From assembly GCA_027604505.1 (NCBI GenBank), contig JADIIX010000001.1, positions 620,001-673,668 on the forward strand: 53,668 bases of DNA, read 5' to 3'. Within the stretch, counting starts at the first letter, position 1. Each line of letters starts with the position of its first letter. Of this stretch, positions 12,731 to 25,065 are shown piece after piece. A program made the position numbers and the translations under genes. The DNA is from Gonapodya sp. JEL0774. Its lineage: Eukaryota. The notes under the pieces are model-generated. The model had not been told where the DNA came from. It did not search any database and worked only from the letters and a program-made list of their open reading frames with translations.

Positions 12731-12842
12731 GCTTGACGTAGACAAATGTTTGAATGGATTACGGTGCATCTGGCAGTTCGTGCCCCGCTTGACTTAGACA
12801 AATGTTTGAATGGATTACGGTGCATCTGGCAGTTCGAGCCCC
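12731..12842. repeat. Tandem direct duplication, 2 x 56 bp
   Basis: gcttgac[g/t]tagacaaatgtttgaatggattacggtgcatctggcagttcg[t/a]gcccc at 12731-12786 and 12787-12842, with 2 mismatches. Confidence 0.95.
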
Positions 12843-13073
12843 GGCGTTGGGAGCGCCAGTCGTCAGGGGGGATTCTCAACCTTGACATTTGAGTTCAACA
12901 TTGTACATCAGCATCCACAATCCAGATTAAGGCATCATCTGGTCATAGCGAGCGATCCAAGAAGTGCTATTTGATTCAGTGCCCTTTAATCCGGTCCTTC
13001 GATTCGGTACCGAGAACAGAATTGAATTCCGGTTCATCGGTCAGCAAAGTGGCGAACTTCCAACGGTATCACA

Positions 13074-16000
13074 ATGTCGGCGCGGACCGTACTTGTCTTA
13101 CTGATTACTTTCGGTGCTCTGATGGTCTCTGCCGTCGAGATCGGTGCAGAACTCGGATCTGGAGGTTAGTTGATCTGTGGGGAACTCGGCACAGACAGGA
13201 GCGAAGCGCGAGACCACGACACAATACCACGGATGTCTTGTCGTTGCACAGTGCTTTGCTTTGGTGTTTATTTGAACCACGATCTTCTGGGATCCCAGCT
13301 CCATCGATACGACTCTCCAAGCGCGCTGACCCGACAACCGGCTCTTTCACTCCTGCCGAGCGTGACGCGCTCATCACTCCTGTGTCATACATAGCTGCTA
13401 CTTTTCCAGGTGGTCTAGGTATTTGGACGGGTGTTGCAAAGTGGATACGAGGTGTCCTGCGAACGTCCAGTTTGCAGGATCCTTTGGCAACCGGAACATT
13501 TTCTCCACAAGTCATGATAAACAACTATCTTGTGAGCCAGACAATCGAACTTTGGTGCTGTTGAGTGCCACTCTGAGAACTCACGCTATGGAGCAACTCT
13601 CAGGCCACCATCATCATTCTGGCTTTGGGCGTCGGGTGCTCCATCGTCCTCCTCCTGGGGGCCCCCTATATATGTTGCTGCGTTACCAGAGCCCGCCGTA
13701 AGCAGTATGCTCACTTTGAGCGCGATCAAAAGGTGGTAGCAGCCATTCTACTAGGGTTGAACCTCGCGTGCCTCGCGTGAGTTTCTTCTTACAATCACGT
13801 TGAAACTTTGACTTTCCCTAATCGTGGCTTCTACTCCTTACTAGTGTCGCTGTTTTGTGTGGCTTCCTCGGCTCGACGCTCCTCTCTTACCAGCTCCAAC
13901 AAGCATTCACCAGCGCTAACAACACAATGACCGACGCGGCCCTAGAAGTTGCCGGGCTTCCGCCTGCTGTATCGTACATTATAAACGGTGCGTTTGGACC
14001 AACGTCCGTCTCATTCTACTCAAGGCTCCTATGTCATGATAGAATCCACCTCGCGCTAACGTTGGTTTTACACATTTCTCCCCGTCTCCCCCCTCCCCCC
14101 AACCCCCACCCCCCACTATCCCCATCACCATCCACTCCCAAGACGTCTACTCCACTATCGACCAATCTGTTCTGGCCGTCGTCGACTCGGTCGGTATCAC
14201 TCCTTTTGTAAGCCTGATGGGTGGCAAAATCGCTGCCATCGTGGCCACACTCTCCGCAGTGGACACACAGTTAAAGTCATTCAATGTGACAGGGAGAGCA
14301 TTGGTGGCAAATGTGACTGATGTAAGAGGGAGGGCGTTGGTTATTGGGAATCGTAAGTGTTTATCTCGACCATCTTAGTCCATGCCCTCCCACGATCATG
14401 TTCCTTCCACAACCAAACGAACAGAAACCAACGGTATCCTTAGTGCCTCCTCCAACCTCAATAACCAGCAACCCAGTCCCAGCGGTACCGCTCCACACCA
14501 ATATCAGCTCCTTGCGCCCATTTCGGTCCCGGGGTCCGTGAGCACTCCCGATCTGACCGGTTTGCCAAACATTAACGCTCTGCTGGCTCCACTTAACTCT
14601 TTGCCTGATTTGGGCGCTCTGGGGAGGTCTTTGAACCTGCAGGTGAGTAGGATGGGAAAGGAGGTTGTGCCGTGGTCTTTCTCACACGCAACTCCCAGTT
14701 CAACACTACGGCATTAAACTATACAGCCAATTCTCTGGTTGGTCAGGGACTGACAGGTGTGCTTGAATGACTCAAATACTCGTTTACCAGGTTTGTCAGT
14801 GTTGAGCTCCTTCGCCACTTCCCATGGTCTCCACAGCCTTCAAGAACAGCTCGAAAGCCTCCATTGATGGATTTGCTACTCCAAGTACGTAACGATGATT
14901 TGTAGATTGGACCGCTTGGTAAACTTTTATGCATGTTTTCAGTTCACAACGCGACCACCAATCTTAGCGAGCAAGCCAATACTCAAATTACCAGCATTCA
15001 AGGCCAAATCTCCAACCTCAATACTGAATTTGTTGCAAAGTATGATTCGTATCGGAATTATGGGTTTTTGGGTGAGTTAAATTAGATGTGTGGCATCTGG
15101 GCATTCTCATTGCAAACTCAATGCATTTCCTTCCACAGCCGTGCATGCACTGTTTCTTCTTCTTTTAATCAGCATCATTGCAGCCGTCTCACTGAGGAAG
15201 CCCGGTGTGATTCGATGGTAAGTTCTCTACTTCCCAAGTCTGGAAGCTATGCATCTGGATAATGCCAACGTCGCCACTGCTCTATCCTTCACTCTCCAGC
15301 TGCGTATTCATGTCACTTCCTATTGGGGGCCTTGTATTCATCCTCGCTTGTCTCAACCTCATTCTTGCCACTATTCTGGGAGATGTCTGTTACTATGCGC
15401 TTGACCAACGCTTGGCGCCACTCATGCCCATCATCGCTCACGTGAACGGACTTCCGACCAACTTTCAGGATTATGTTAATGCAGGTTTCACGGCACGGGA
15501 CTCGTGTGTCGCTGGACAGCGAACAACCGATGTGCTACTTGCTGCTGCCACAACAATAAATTTGCCCGGAAACTTGACAGACTATGTGAATTTGAAGGGG
15601 TACATCAACCAAACTTTGATGAATATGAATCTAACGGGATTGATTGGGGGGTCTATTGACTTCAGGTACTGTTAGTGACCGATGTTTCCACGTGCAACAA
15701 TGGTTTACTGGCCACTGCGATACCAGCTCTCTCGTCAATGTCGGTATGAACGTCACACAGCAAGTTCAACCCTGGTACACAGCCAATGCTGTTGGATTCA
15801 ACTGGACCACTGTTACGTCTCTCCTCACAGCCTTCAATACGTCCCAGCTTGACACGTTCAATTCGTCCCTAGCTACACTGAGCAGTGCACTTACAACCAG
15901 TAGCTTCAGCTATACTCCAGCAGCGATTTTGTCGGATCAGGCACTGGATTTGACGGATTTCCGTAACAAGATCGGACTTGTCACCGGGAACATCTCGACA

Positions 16001-17661
16001 ATGAAGAGCTCACAAATTGCAGTTGTGAATTCCGAATTGGCGGCCATGGGATCCTTGGTTACGTCATTACAGTCGACAGCTACGGCTACCAATGTAGGTT
16101 GGCGTGAAAGATATCCAACTCTATTCGGAATTGAAACGGTCCGTTCTGTTATACGTTACCAGACGAATATTGGCCTTCTCGTCACACAGTACATCGACGT
16201 TATGAGTACACTTACATCTTTTGCGCTGTCAGTGAACGCTAATGTAAGCATTCCATGACACTTGAAGAGGCAAAAGGTCTGATGTAGATACTTTCGCCAG
16301 CTCACCACTATCGGCATTCCTGCCGTTTCAACAAACTTTATGGGTTGGGCAGATAGGAGTATGGGAACCGTCAACACGTATGTCTCTAGTGTGTGTTTGA
16401 GTTGGGCAAGATAGTGAACCACCCATTATTCATGCAGTGCGCTCGAGTGCCAGACCCTCGCAAAAGACAGTTATGTACTTCAAAACGGATTATGTGTCGG
16501 CATTCTGTGAGCTTTCCGTTGGATTGCTTTCGTTATCAGAGCAAGACCTCTTCATACCTTATCGACTCTTTCGCCTGCAAATTAGCGGTGGGATCGACGC
16601 CACCTGGCTTGCTTTCTACATCGAAGGGTTATGCATCATTTTTGGTATCCCGATCTACGTTATTGCAGCAAATCGATTGGCACATAGATCAACCGAAGAA
16701 GATCAGGATTCCATACCGGTCAAAGGTAGTGTGAGTTTCTGTCTGCGGAAATGGAACCCATTCGTCGATTGCCTCTCCTCAGCCTTTATTCGTTTCTCAT
16801 GAATGTGTTGTTCTAATATCAAAGGCGAAGCAACCCCCGACCATAAGACCTGACACGATCAAGGCCAGCCGGCCCTTTCCATCCCCAAGTGCGATAAGTG
16901 GACAGATGTCTCCGGGTGCGTCCGAGTGAGTGTACGGAGGCATAGCTTGTGAATGTGTATGTAATGACGAATCTTGTATCCCTCCCTTGATCAGAACTGG
17001 GCCAACCAAGATATCAGCCACCACTCCCAGAGCGGGCGCTGCACTAGGGGAAATAGCGCCCTTAGACGCTGGAACCCCGGGTACCGAGTCAACTTCTGCC
17101 CCATCACCAGAGAGTCCCACATTTGTCGCCCCTGATGAGGACGAAATGAAGCTCTTCGCTGCCGCTCAGCGTGAGGCCGCGACAGAGGCGAGCAAACAAA
17201 GCACCATACAGTCTTCCGCGTACGTAGGTACAGGATTCGAATCAAATGAAACAACGCCCGATGTCATTGTCCGATCGGTGGTTGTGCGAAACCAAGGAAT
17301 GCAAAATCTCGGATCTAGCCTCGACCAAACCATGGAGGAACAACACCAAGAAGATGCGCGATATGAAACAATACAAATCAAAGCTGGCTATCCCCTCGAA
17401 GGTGTAGAGACTACGGTTTTGGGAACACACGAAATTCTGACCGGTGAATCACCGGACCTTGCTCCGGAGGCGTTGATGCAGCCGAGTTTCTTAATCGATG
17501 GAGTTTTGCATGAGCGAAGCAATTTTGTGGTCTCACAAACCAACACATCCGAGACTCCTTCACCTGACGTGGAAGTTATCGGCGGATCCCATGTCGGCGA
17601 TGGGGATCTGTACACGGAGGATAACGAAGAAGGCCAATACGAGTCGGACGATTCAGATTAG
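13074..17661 (+). CDS. Prominin-like 5-TM glycoprotein, copy 1 (multi-exon)
   Basis: Signal peptide MSARTVLVLLITFGALMVSA, then TM1 followed by Cys cluster ICCCV, TM2, a large N-glycosylated helical loop, TM3/TM4 ending LATILGDVCYY, and a second loop. C-terminal CQTLAKDSYVLQNGLC..GGIDATWLAFYIEGLCIIFGIPIYVIAANRLA resembles prominin C.P......C...DP.N.FW....P..IFA.KLA. Acidic tail. Confidence 0.75.
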
Positions 17662-17997
17662 AAGCTGCTCCCTTTGTCTGTAGCGATTTCCCCGTCACTA
17701 TTTGAATCTATTGCCACTTCTGTGACACTGGTGCAAACACAATCATCATGGGTTCGAATAATATTGTCCATAGAGGGCGTCATAGTATCTGCTTTCCGAG
17801 AACTGCACCAGTGGAGAGAACATGGGCCGGATATACACTGTCTTCATATATTGTCGAATCTGGACTGTGAAATGCTCGATTATTGATGGAGAATAATGTT
17901 CCGAATCGGTGGTTTGATGGGCATCCTGCTGTGGCCGCCTGATAAGTTCCGTACCGAGCGCAACCGACATCAACTGGGGGAAACAAGTGACTGACTC

Positions 17998-20900
17998 ATG
18001 ATGGCACGGCATTCGCACGCTCAACTTGGCTCGTTCGTACGTAGCTCCCTTACTCTCATCGCGGGCCTAGCCGTCCTCGCGCTTGCAAATCTCGCTTTGA
18101 TGCCCCGACACCATCTGGGTGAAGGTAGGTTCCATTCGAGAGCTCCACGAGCAAGATCCACATTTCAAAAGCAATCTGTCTTGCACGCTCTGTGCTCCAT
18201 TGGATCCGTGGCCGCATCTTGTGAACTGGCACGCTTCCCGAATGGACATTTCCCTCCTGGATGGTGTACTATCAATCCAACCCACCGATTATTAAGTGAA
18301 AACGGGACTCGAATACGTCTCCACAGCCTCCTCTCTCCACAAGCGATCGGATCCATCGACAGGGTCTTTCACTGTTGCCGAGCGCGATGCCCTGATCACG
18401 CCAGATGGCTACACAAGTGCTACATTCCCTGGAGGTATCCAGATCTGGACGGGTCTCGCTAAATCTATTCGCAACCTTGCAAGAGGTAGTGGCACGCTCT
18501 CAATTCTCTCCGGTGGGAGCTTGAATCCCACGGGAGCAATCATGACTTACTTGGTGTGTGCACCGCGAAATCAATTGCAAAATCCGTGGTCCAATCTCAA
18601 TCGCAACAGGGACCTGCTATCATCATGGCTCTGTGCTTTGGAGTTGGAATAATTACTCTAATTCTGAGTCCCTAGTGCGTACCACCGGGCGAACAGGCAC
18701 TTTTGCCACCAACAGTTTGACTTCATTTGACATGTTCGCTAGTTTCTGCTGCTGCATCTGCAAGTCACGCAAGGGTCAATTTCGGCGATATACGGGTAAC
18801 CAAAAGATTGTTGCTGGTCTGCTTCTAGGCATCAACCTGTTCTGCCTGACGTGAGCGTTATCATATGTTGCCAGAAGGACTGTTGGAAATCCACCATTCC
18901 CTCGTGATCTAGGGTGACAATTATCTGTGGCTTCAGTGGTAGTGCGCTCCTCTCGAATCAACTACAACAGAATGTTGTCGGCTTCAACAACAGTATCACC
19001 GATACTTCAATCCAACTCAACGGACTGTCGCCAGCTTTCGCCACTATTGTAACAGGTAGTTGCAGTGGTACCCTTTCTTTCCTGATCTGTCACCTGACGT
19101 CCCTGTTACCGTTTATAGACATCTCCGCAACGATCGATACCTCGATCACCTCTGTTCTCACTTCAATCGATGTGAACAGTTTCATCGGGACAATGGGCAC
19201 GAAGATTTCTGCATTAGTAACCACTTTGAACAGTGCGGATACACGTAAGTTGATGTAGTACATTGATGTTCCACAGTACATTAACATACAAATCCCTTTC
19301 TGCAATCTGCGAAACAGATATGAAGTCAATAAAGCGTTCGGGAATTGTTTTAACCGGTAATATGAGTGACATTTCATCAACACTTGTTCCAGCCATCCAA
19401 ACTGGTGAGCCTTCAGAGTTTGTGTTCACTCACTTTCGATGTGATCTTTGAAATCGCACGAACTGACTGTCACCATTCCCAACGATAGATTGGACAGCTA
19501 TTGGTACTAGCATTAGTAACCTCGATTCACCCCACACCTTTCCTTCTACTGGCGGCAACAGCTATGCCCTCACGAACAGTATGGGAATAGGCAGTCTTCC
19601 AGCAGTAAACGCCCCATCTCTTTTCTCCATACAAGGCAAGATAACAACTATACTGACTCCGCTTAGCAACATCCCTGACTTGGGCGCCTTGGCAACGAAC
19701 TTGGGAAGCAGTGTAGGTAGTCTTATCCGCCTCTGGAGATGCTCGACACTTCATTTAATTTTGCTGTCCCGTATCTTTCAAGTTTGGTACATCGCAATTA
19801 CAGGCTCAATTTCAGAATCTCTCCAACCTGGGCATTACTGGTTAGTTGTTTGGAAGAAATTGCCGCAGTGGCTTGTGACAACAACCTATACTCCAGCTTT
19901 CAAAACGTCCTCGAAATCTCAACTGGATGGAATTACGTCTATGGGTTAGTCTTCAGCGGACCTTGTGTCCTCAATTTATAGTTGCCTAATCAAAATTCGT
20001 TCGTAACTGCAGCGTCCGATTTGCTTTCTGGGCTTTCGTCCAACGTAACAACAATGCTTGGAGGCTATCAGTCGCAAATTCAAACCTTCGATGACACTCT
20101 CATAAAAACATTCGATGGCTACAGGAACTACGGGTACATGGGTCAGTCGTCTACTCTTGTTGTGACCGGAGAGATGGAACTTTAACGCGGCATATGTCAT
20201 TCAGGAATTCATGGACTCGTCGGGTTCTTTTATCTTATTGTAATTCTCGGTGTCGTCCTTCACAAACCAGGAATGATTCGCTGGTGAGAACCTTCTCCAT
20301 TCAAAGAATCGTACCGTGCACGTTCTAAATTTTGCCACCCGGAAGTTGTGTCATGCTCTTTATACCAGTAATGTTTCTTATTTTGCTCCTCGCGGGCGTA
20401 CATTATCTTCTGGCGACCGTTGTCGGGGACGTGTGCTACTATGTGTTCGACCAGAAAATGTCACAACTTGCCCCCATCATCGATGCGGTCATGCCTGGTT
20501 CGAACATTTCAAGCTACGCCACAATTGGATTTAACGTGATAGATTCATGCGTTGCGGGGGGCAAGACATTGGATATTGTGCTCAACCTCACTTCCGTGCT
20601 GGGCTTGGGAGCCAACTTCTCTACGTACCTTGATTTGAAAACGACAATCAATTCAACTCTCTCCTCTATGAACTTAGGACAGGCTCTTGGTGGTGCTTTC
20701 AATTTCAAGTGAGATTCACCCCTCGATCCGACAATTCAATTAGTGTTTTAATGCCGTGAAACCACTGCAGCCAAATGGTCAACATCGGATTGGATGTTCC
20801 CACCTTGGTGCAACCCTGGATAACCATAAATCCTCCACAAGCTGGCCTAGGTGCCCTCACCCTGCCAACCTTACCAACGACAGACCTTGACAACCTTAAG

Positions 20901-22256
20901 ACCAGTCTGCAGACTATATCGGGTGGTCTGACGACAGCGGCCTTTACTTGGACACCTAGTACTCCTTCATCCGCAGACCAAAGCGCAAATGTAGTGGCGT
21001 TTCAGACTGCATTGGCAGGTGTTGTCAGCAGCGTAGACACCCTCAAAACCGGAAAGCTCGCAGCGTTAAATACTTTGCTCTCTGTAACGATAACGGGTGA
21101 CAAGAACAACATGGCCAACATGGTGACAGCTTTAGACGTGAGTATTCGCGCAGTGACGTTCACCAACTTGCTCACAATTGTTAGATTTTTCCGTAGACTG
21201 ACATACATGATCTCATCAGCAACTACTGGGACATTAAAAATCTACTCGACGTGTTCGGGGCGAATGCAACCACGAATGTAGGGAATCTCCCCTTCAGTTT
21301 GCGCAAAAGTAGTCTCAAGTTTGCCCTCCACTTATCAGCTAAGCAGCGTAGCCATTCCCGCCATTTTTACCAACTTCATGACCCTTGCTGATCGCAGTAC
21401 GGACAAACTCAACAAGTGCGATGTTCCATCGATCTTTTCATAGTACCGAACCAATTTAGATTACTCCTAAACATTTCTTTCTCCTGCTTACGCCACTTTA
21501 GCGCGACAAGCTGTCAAATAATTGCTAAAGACATTCTTGTTATCGAAAATGGCCTTTGTGTTGGCTTTGTGTAGGTCATCGCTCAGTTATTTTGTTTCTA
21601 TCCGTTGTCCTTCGTCGCTAACAATATCGGGTACATCATAAGCGGTGCCCTTGACGCTGCCTGGTTCTCCTTCCTCATCGAAGGCCTGGTTCTTGTCTTT
21701 GGCATTCCCATTTACGTCGTCGTCGCAAACCGGCTCGCTTACAATGGACCAGTCGTAAACCCGGGTGCCGTAGCACCCATGATCATGGTTGGAGGGAAGG
21801 GATATGTGAGCTGACCGTATTTTATTACTATGAGCTTGGTCGCACTTTCCGATTACCTTTCGCTGGGTTGTACCGGCAGACTGACGTCCGCCCCAAGATT
21901 CTCAAATCGCAAGTTGAAAACACGGGTGTTCGACGCGCAAATTCTACTCGAGAACAGTTGCGTATTGATTGCAATATCATCTTTGTATTTGTGCCCATCG
22001 CTTCGTCTAACCACCTATTGAACCCTTCTTCCCATTCGTTACTACTTATACCCAGAAATGACGATGATCCGCTCCTCACGGAGGACAGCGCGAGTCCCCG
22101 TGCGGGTGCGAGTTTGGTAAGTGCAGTTTCTAGCGCGTCTTTCCTTAAAAACGCCTCACCAATTTTCGGCGTCATACTTGAATTGTTTGTATGCTCGGAC
22201 TCCCACACGGAACCCAGAGCGGAGGCGGAAAGAAGGTGTATCCCGCTGAGTATTAA
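17998..22256 (+). CDS. Prominin-like 5-TM glycoprotein, copy 2 (tandem paralog; multi-exon)
   Basis: Collinear with copy 1: KRSDPSTGSFTVAERDALITP..ATFPGG, FCCCICK, LATVVGDVCYYVFDQ, SCQIIAKD..NGLC, GALDAAWFSFLIEGLVLVFGIPIYVVVANRLAY. Predicted last exon SGGGKKVYPAEY*; 3' end less certain. Confidence 0.75.
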
Positions 22257-22943
22257 GCGAATGAAACGAACGAAGCAATGAAAATGGAAACCAAGAAAGT
22301 GACGCGAATGAAAACTTACACACAATGCTGACAGTCTGAAAAATTAGTTCCTTTTGATTGTAACATATTGAATTTCGTATTTTGTCATCAGCGGTTCCTG
22401 AGACGCTATTCTGTAAATTTTGATATCAGTGAACCATCCCGACTGCCAAAACTGTGACAGGAGCCGATATCGGCCATTCTGAGCCGACGAAGTCATGAGA
22501 TCAGTGTCGCCCAGTCCGGATGCAAACTTTCATGGCACCTTTGGGGGAGGCGAGTATCCCAGCCTGATTCCTGCACGAAGTCAGACCTCCCACCACAGGG
22601 GCTGGACAACTTGACAAACTTTTGAATTAGCTTCCAAGCCTACAATTCTCAATCAAATCTTTACAGTTTTAAGAACCTAATACTGATGCTTTCAGGAGCC
22701 TTTGACAAGTGTCGGCTGTGTTCTATTTCAAGCCTTTACTCACGTTTCAGGCAACATTTTCAACCGCAGTATACTCGAAAGTCTTCGTTTCCACTTGTGG
22801 AGGAGAAAGGTTTGGCAAGGTGTGGCCTTGGGTAGGAATAACTTTTAGCCGCGGTGGTCTGCATGGTGCGTTGCAAACGGGCAAGGACCGAATCCCTCTC
22901 CGTTCTCTGCACAAGCTCATTACACAGCGCATTAAATCCTGAT

Positions 22944-24561
22944 ATGCTTCGTGTTTCCGCAACAAATTCTGGCTTACAAGGAGGAATCAAGGCGGCAGTT
23001 GGTGCGTCCGCTTCAGAATTGACCCACGGTACTCCACGAATCCAGGAGGAAGGCGGACCACCGCCACTCGAGGAAGTTAGCATTATCGATAACTTTCAGA
23101 CGGAAAATCGTGATGGAAATGGCTCCGCAATGCGACCGTTGCCGACCCAGGAACTCAAGGATTCGACCACCGCGGTCCCCGGAGCGCGCATTCCCGGGAT
23201 TCTTGCCGCACGGTCTGCTCGAAAATTCAAATCAGACATTGAAGAAGTAGAGGAGCGAAGGCGAGCTGGGAAAGCCGAGGGAGCATCCACGACCAACAAA
23301 GTTGGAAAGGCAGTGGATCCTGGCAGTCAAAGAATGAATGAATCGACTGTAAATGCTTCAAATCGGAGCTCAAAGTCAACATCGGCCTCAAGTACAATTG
23401 AGAATGAGAAGTCTTCATTCAGTGGGCTTAAGAGGGGATTCTTCTGTTCAACACCCAAGTCAAAAACATTGGCTCCATCTCTAAAGCCGAAGTCCTCTAC
23501 CCGTTCCGCGGGTGCCTCGGCCACCACTTCTTCGGTGTCAGACATCCCCTTCATCAAACCATCTACTTCGGGTAACTCCCCATTTGCGTTCCCAAACGTT
23601 GCCAACCCGGTTCCTGGCTTCCTCTCTCAACCCGACCCGGAAATTCTTTCAGCTGTGCAATCTGATCCTGAACTCCTCCGTGCCCTCGACAACCCCCGCT
23701 TCGCCCGAGCTATCGAGGAATTTTCCAAAGACCCTAAGGCCGCGGCAAGAAAGTACTCGGGGGACAAATTGATTGAGGATGCCATGATGAAGTTCACAAA
23801 ATTAATCGGTGTCAGGGTGATGGACGAGGCGAAGAAGAACGGCGTGGAAATGGTTGGCTCAGAAGAACGTGCTGCAGACGCCGCCGGTAGCCGTCGAGCA
23901 ATGGTCGAAGAAATGAACCCCACCCAATCAAGTTTCCAGAAAAACTACAAGTCACTCGATGATAGAGAAAAGGCGCTAGTCGATAGAGTTGCTGGTGATC
24001 GTGAATTACAAGTGAGTCCACATGAGGCCTTCAATTGGGGAATGACGACTAAGTTAAAGTCGAAAGGAAGAAAAGCGTTGTGATGGTTCAGGCAAGGGGG
24101 AAGTTGGGGGGGTTGGTGGGGGCGTGTTGGGGGGTTTTCCGACGAATTTGCAGTATCAGTCTGTTTACAAACAGTATTTCGCTTCGCATTCCCCACTCAA
24201 ACTACCATCTTCTTCCCTCTCCTTGCCCTTTCCGTCGCCTCTTGCTTCAAATTAACCTTTTGTGGTTTCTTCCCATGCATCCACCTCAGGATATTCTTCG
24301 CGATCCCTCTGTGAATCGTCTCCTTTCATTTGCTCGTCATGATCCTCGAGGAATTGATCTAACGTGAGTTTTCAAATGATTCGCAGGACCTCCTGGGATA
24401 TTTGAATGAGTGCGGCGAGAGCTCATTCTTTTTATTACAACTCTCAACACCGTGCTACGTCCTCAAAACATCAATTTCACCGAGAAAGCAAGATTCGTGA
24501 CCCCGAAATAATTCGCAAGCTTAGAAAACTGGGGGAGATTGGTGTGGTGAGGTTCGCCTGA
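22944..24561 (+). CDS. Protein with two STI1/HOP (DP-repeat) domains; start codon uncertain
   Basis: GLKRGFF motif, DPELLRALDNPRFARAIEEFSKDPKAAARKY (STI1), and a second STI1 split by introns: DRVAGDRELQ|DILRDPSVNRLL..DPR|..RDPEIIRKLRKLGEIGVVRFA*. Confidence 0.7.
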
Positions 24562-25065
24562 GCACACGATCTCGAACCAATGCAAAAGAAGCACGGTCTT
24601 GCATCTGCCGGTGCGGATGATGTGGTTGGAAAACACAAAAAAAATGTTGCAATTAACATGCGCAGAGAATCTCGTTGTACATGAAGGCCCGCTTGAGTTC
24701 TTATGTAATAGAATGGAGCTCCTCCAACACGCTTTGGATGTCAAGCAAGACACTTGTGCCCCACACTTATGATTTTATTCAGTTCATATTTATCGTACAG
24801 AAAATACTATCATGCAAAACAATTGATGATTATACATGCCAATTTGTTCACGGTCACCGCTGTTGTGATCCCTCGGCTCAACACTCATCAGTCCGTCGCC
24901 AAGCAAAGACGCTGGCCGCCTTACGGAGAGAGCGCCTGAAAGGGAAACAGGCAACCAACATTCCGGATGAAATGGCAGGCAAGAAAAATGAAGGTTTTTG
25001 GAAATGTGATGGAGGTCAATTGTATGCAAGGGCTGTCTGAGAAATTTCGAAACGTTCAGTTGTAA

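Noticed and set aside
12731..12842. Direct repeats as a possible CRISPR array
   Set aside because: Two adjacent 56-bp units with no spacers, no cas genes and a eukaryotic context.
24880..25000. Short stems (gcctg...caggc) suggesting a ribozyme or structured RNA
   Set aside because: No hammerhead, HDV, RNase P/MRP or snRNA core motifs could be matched.
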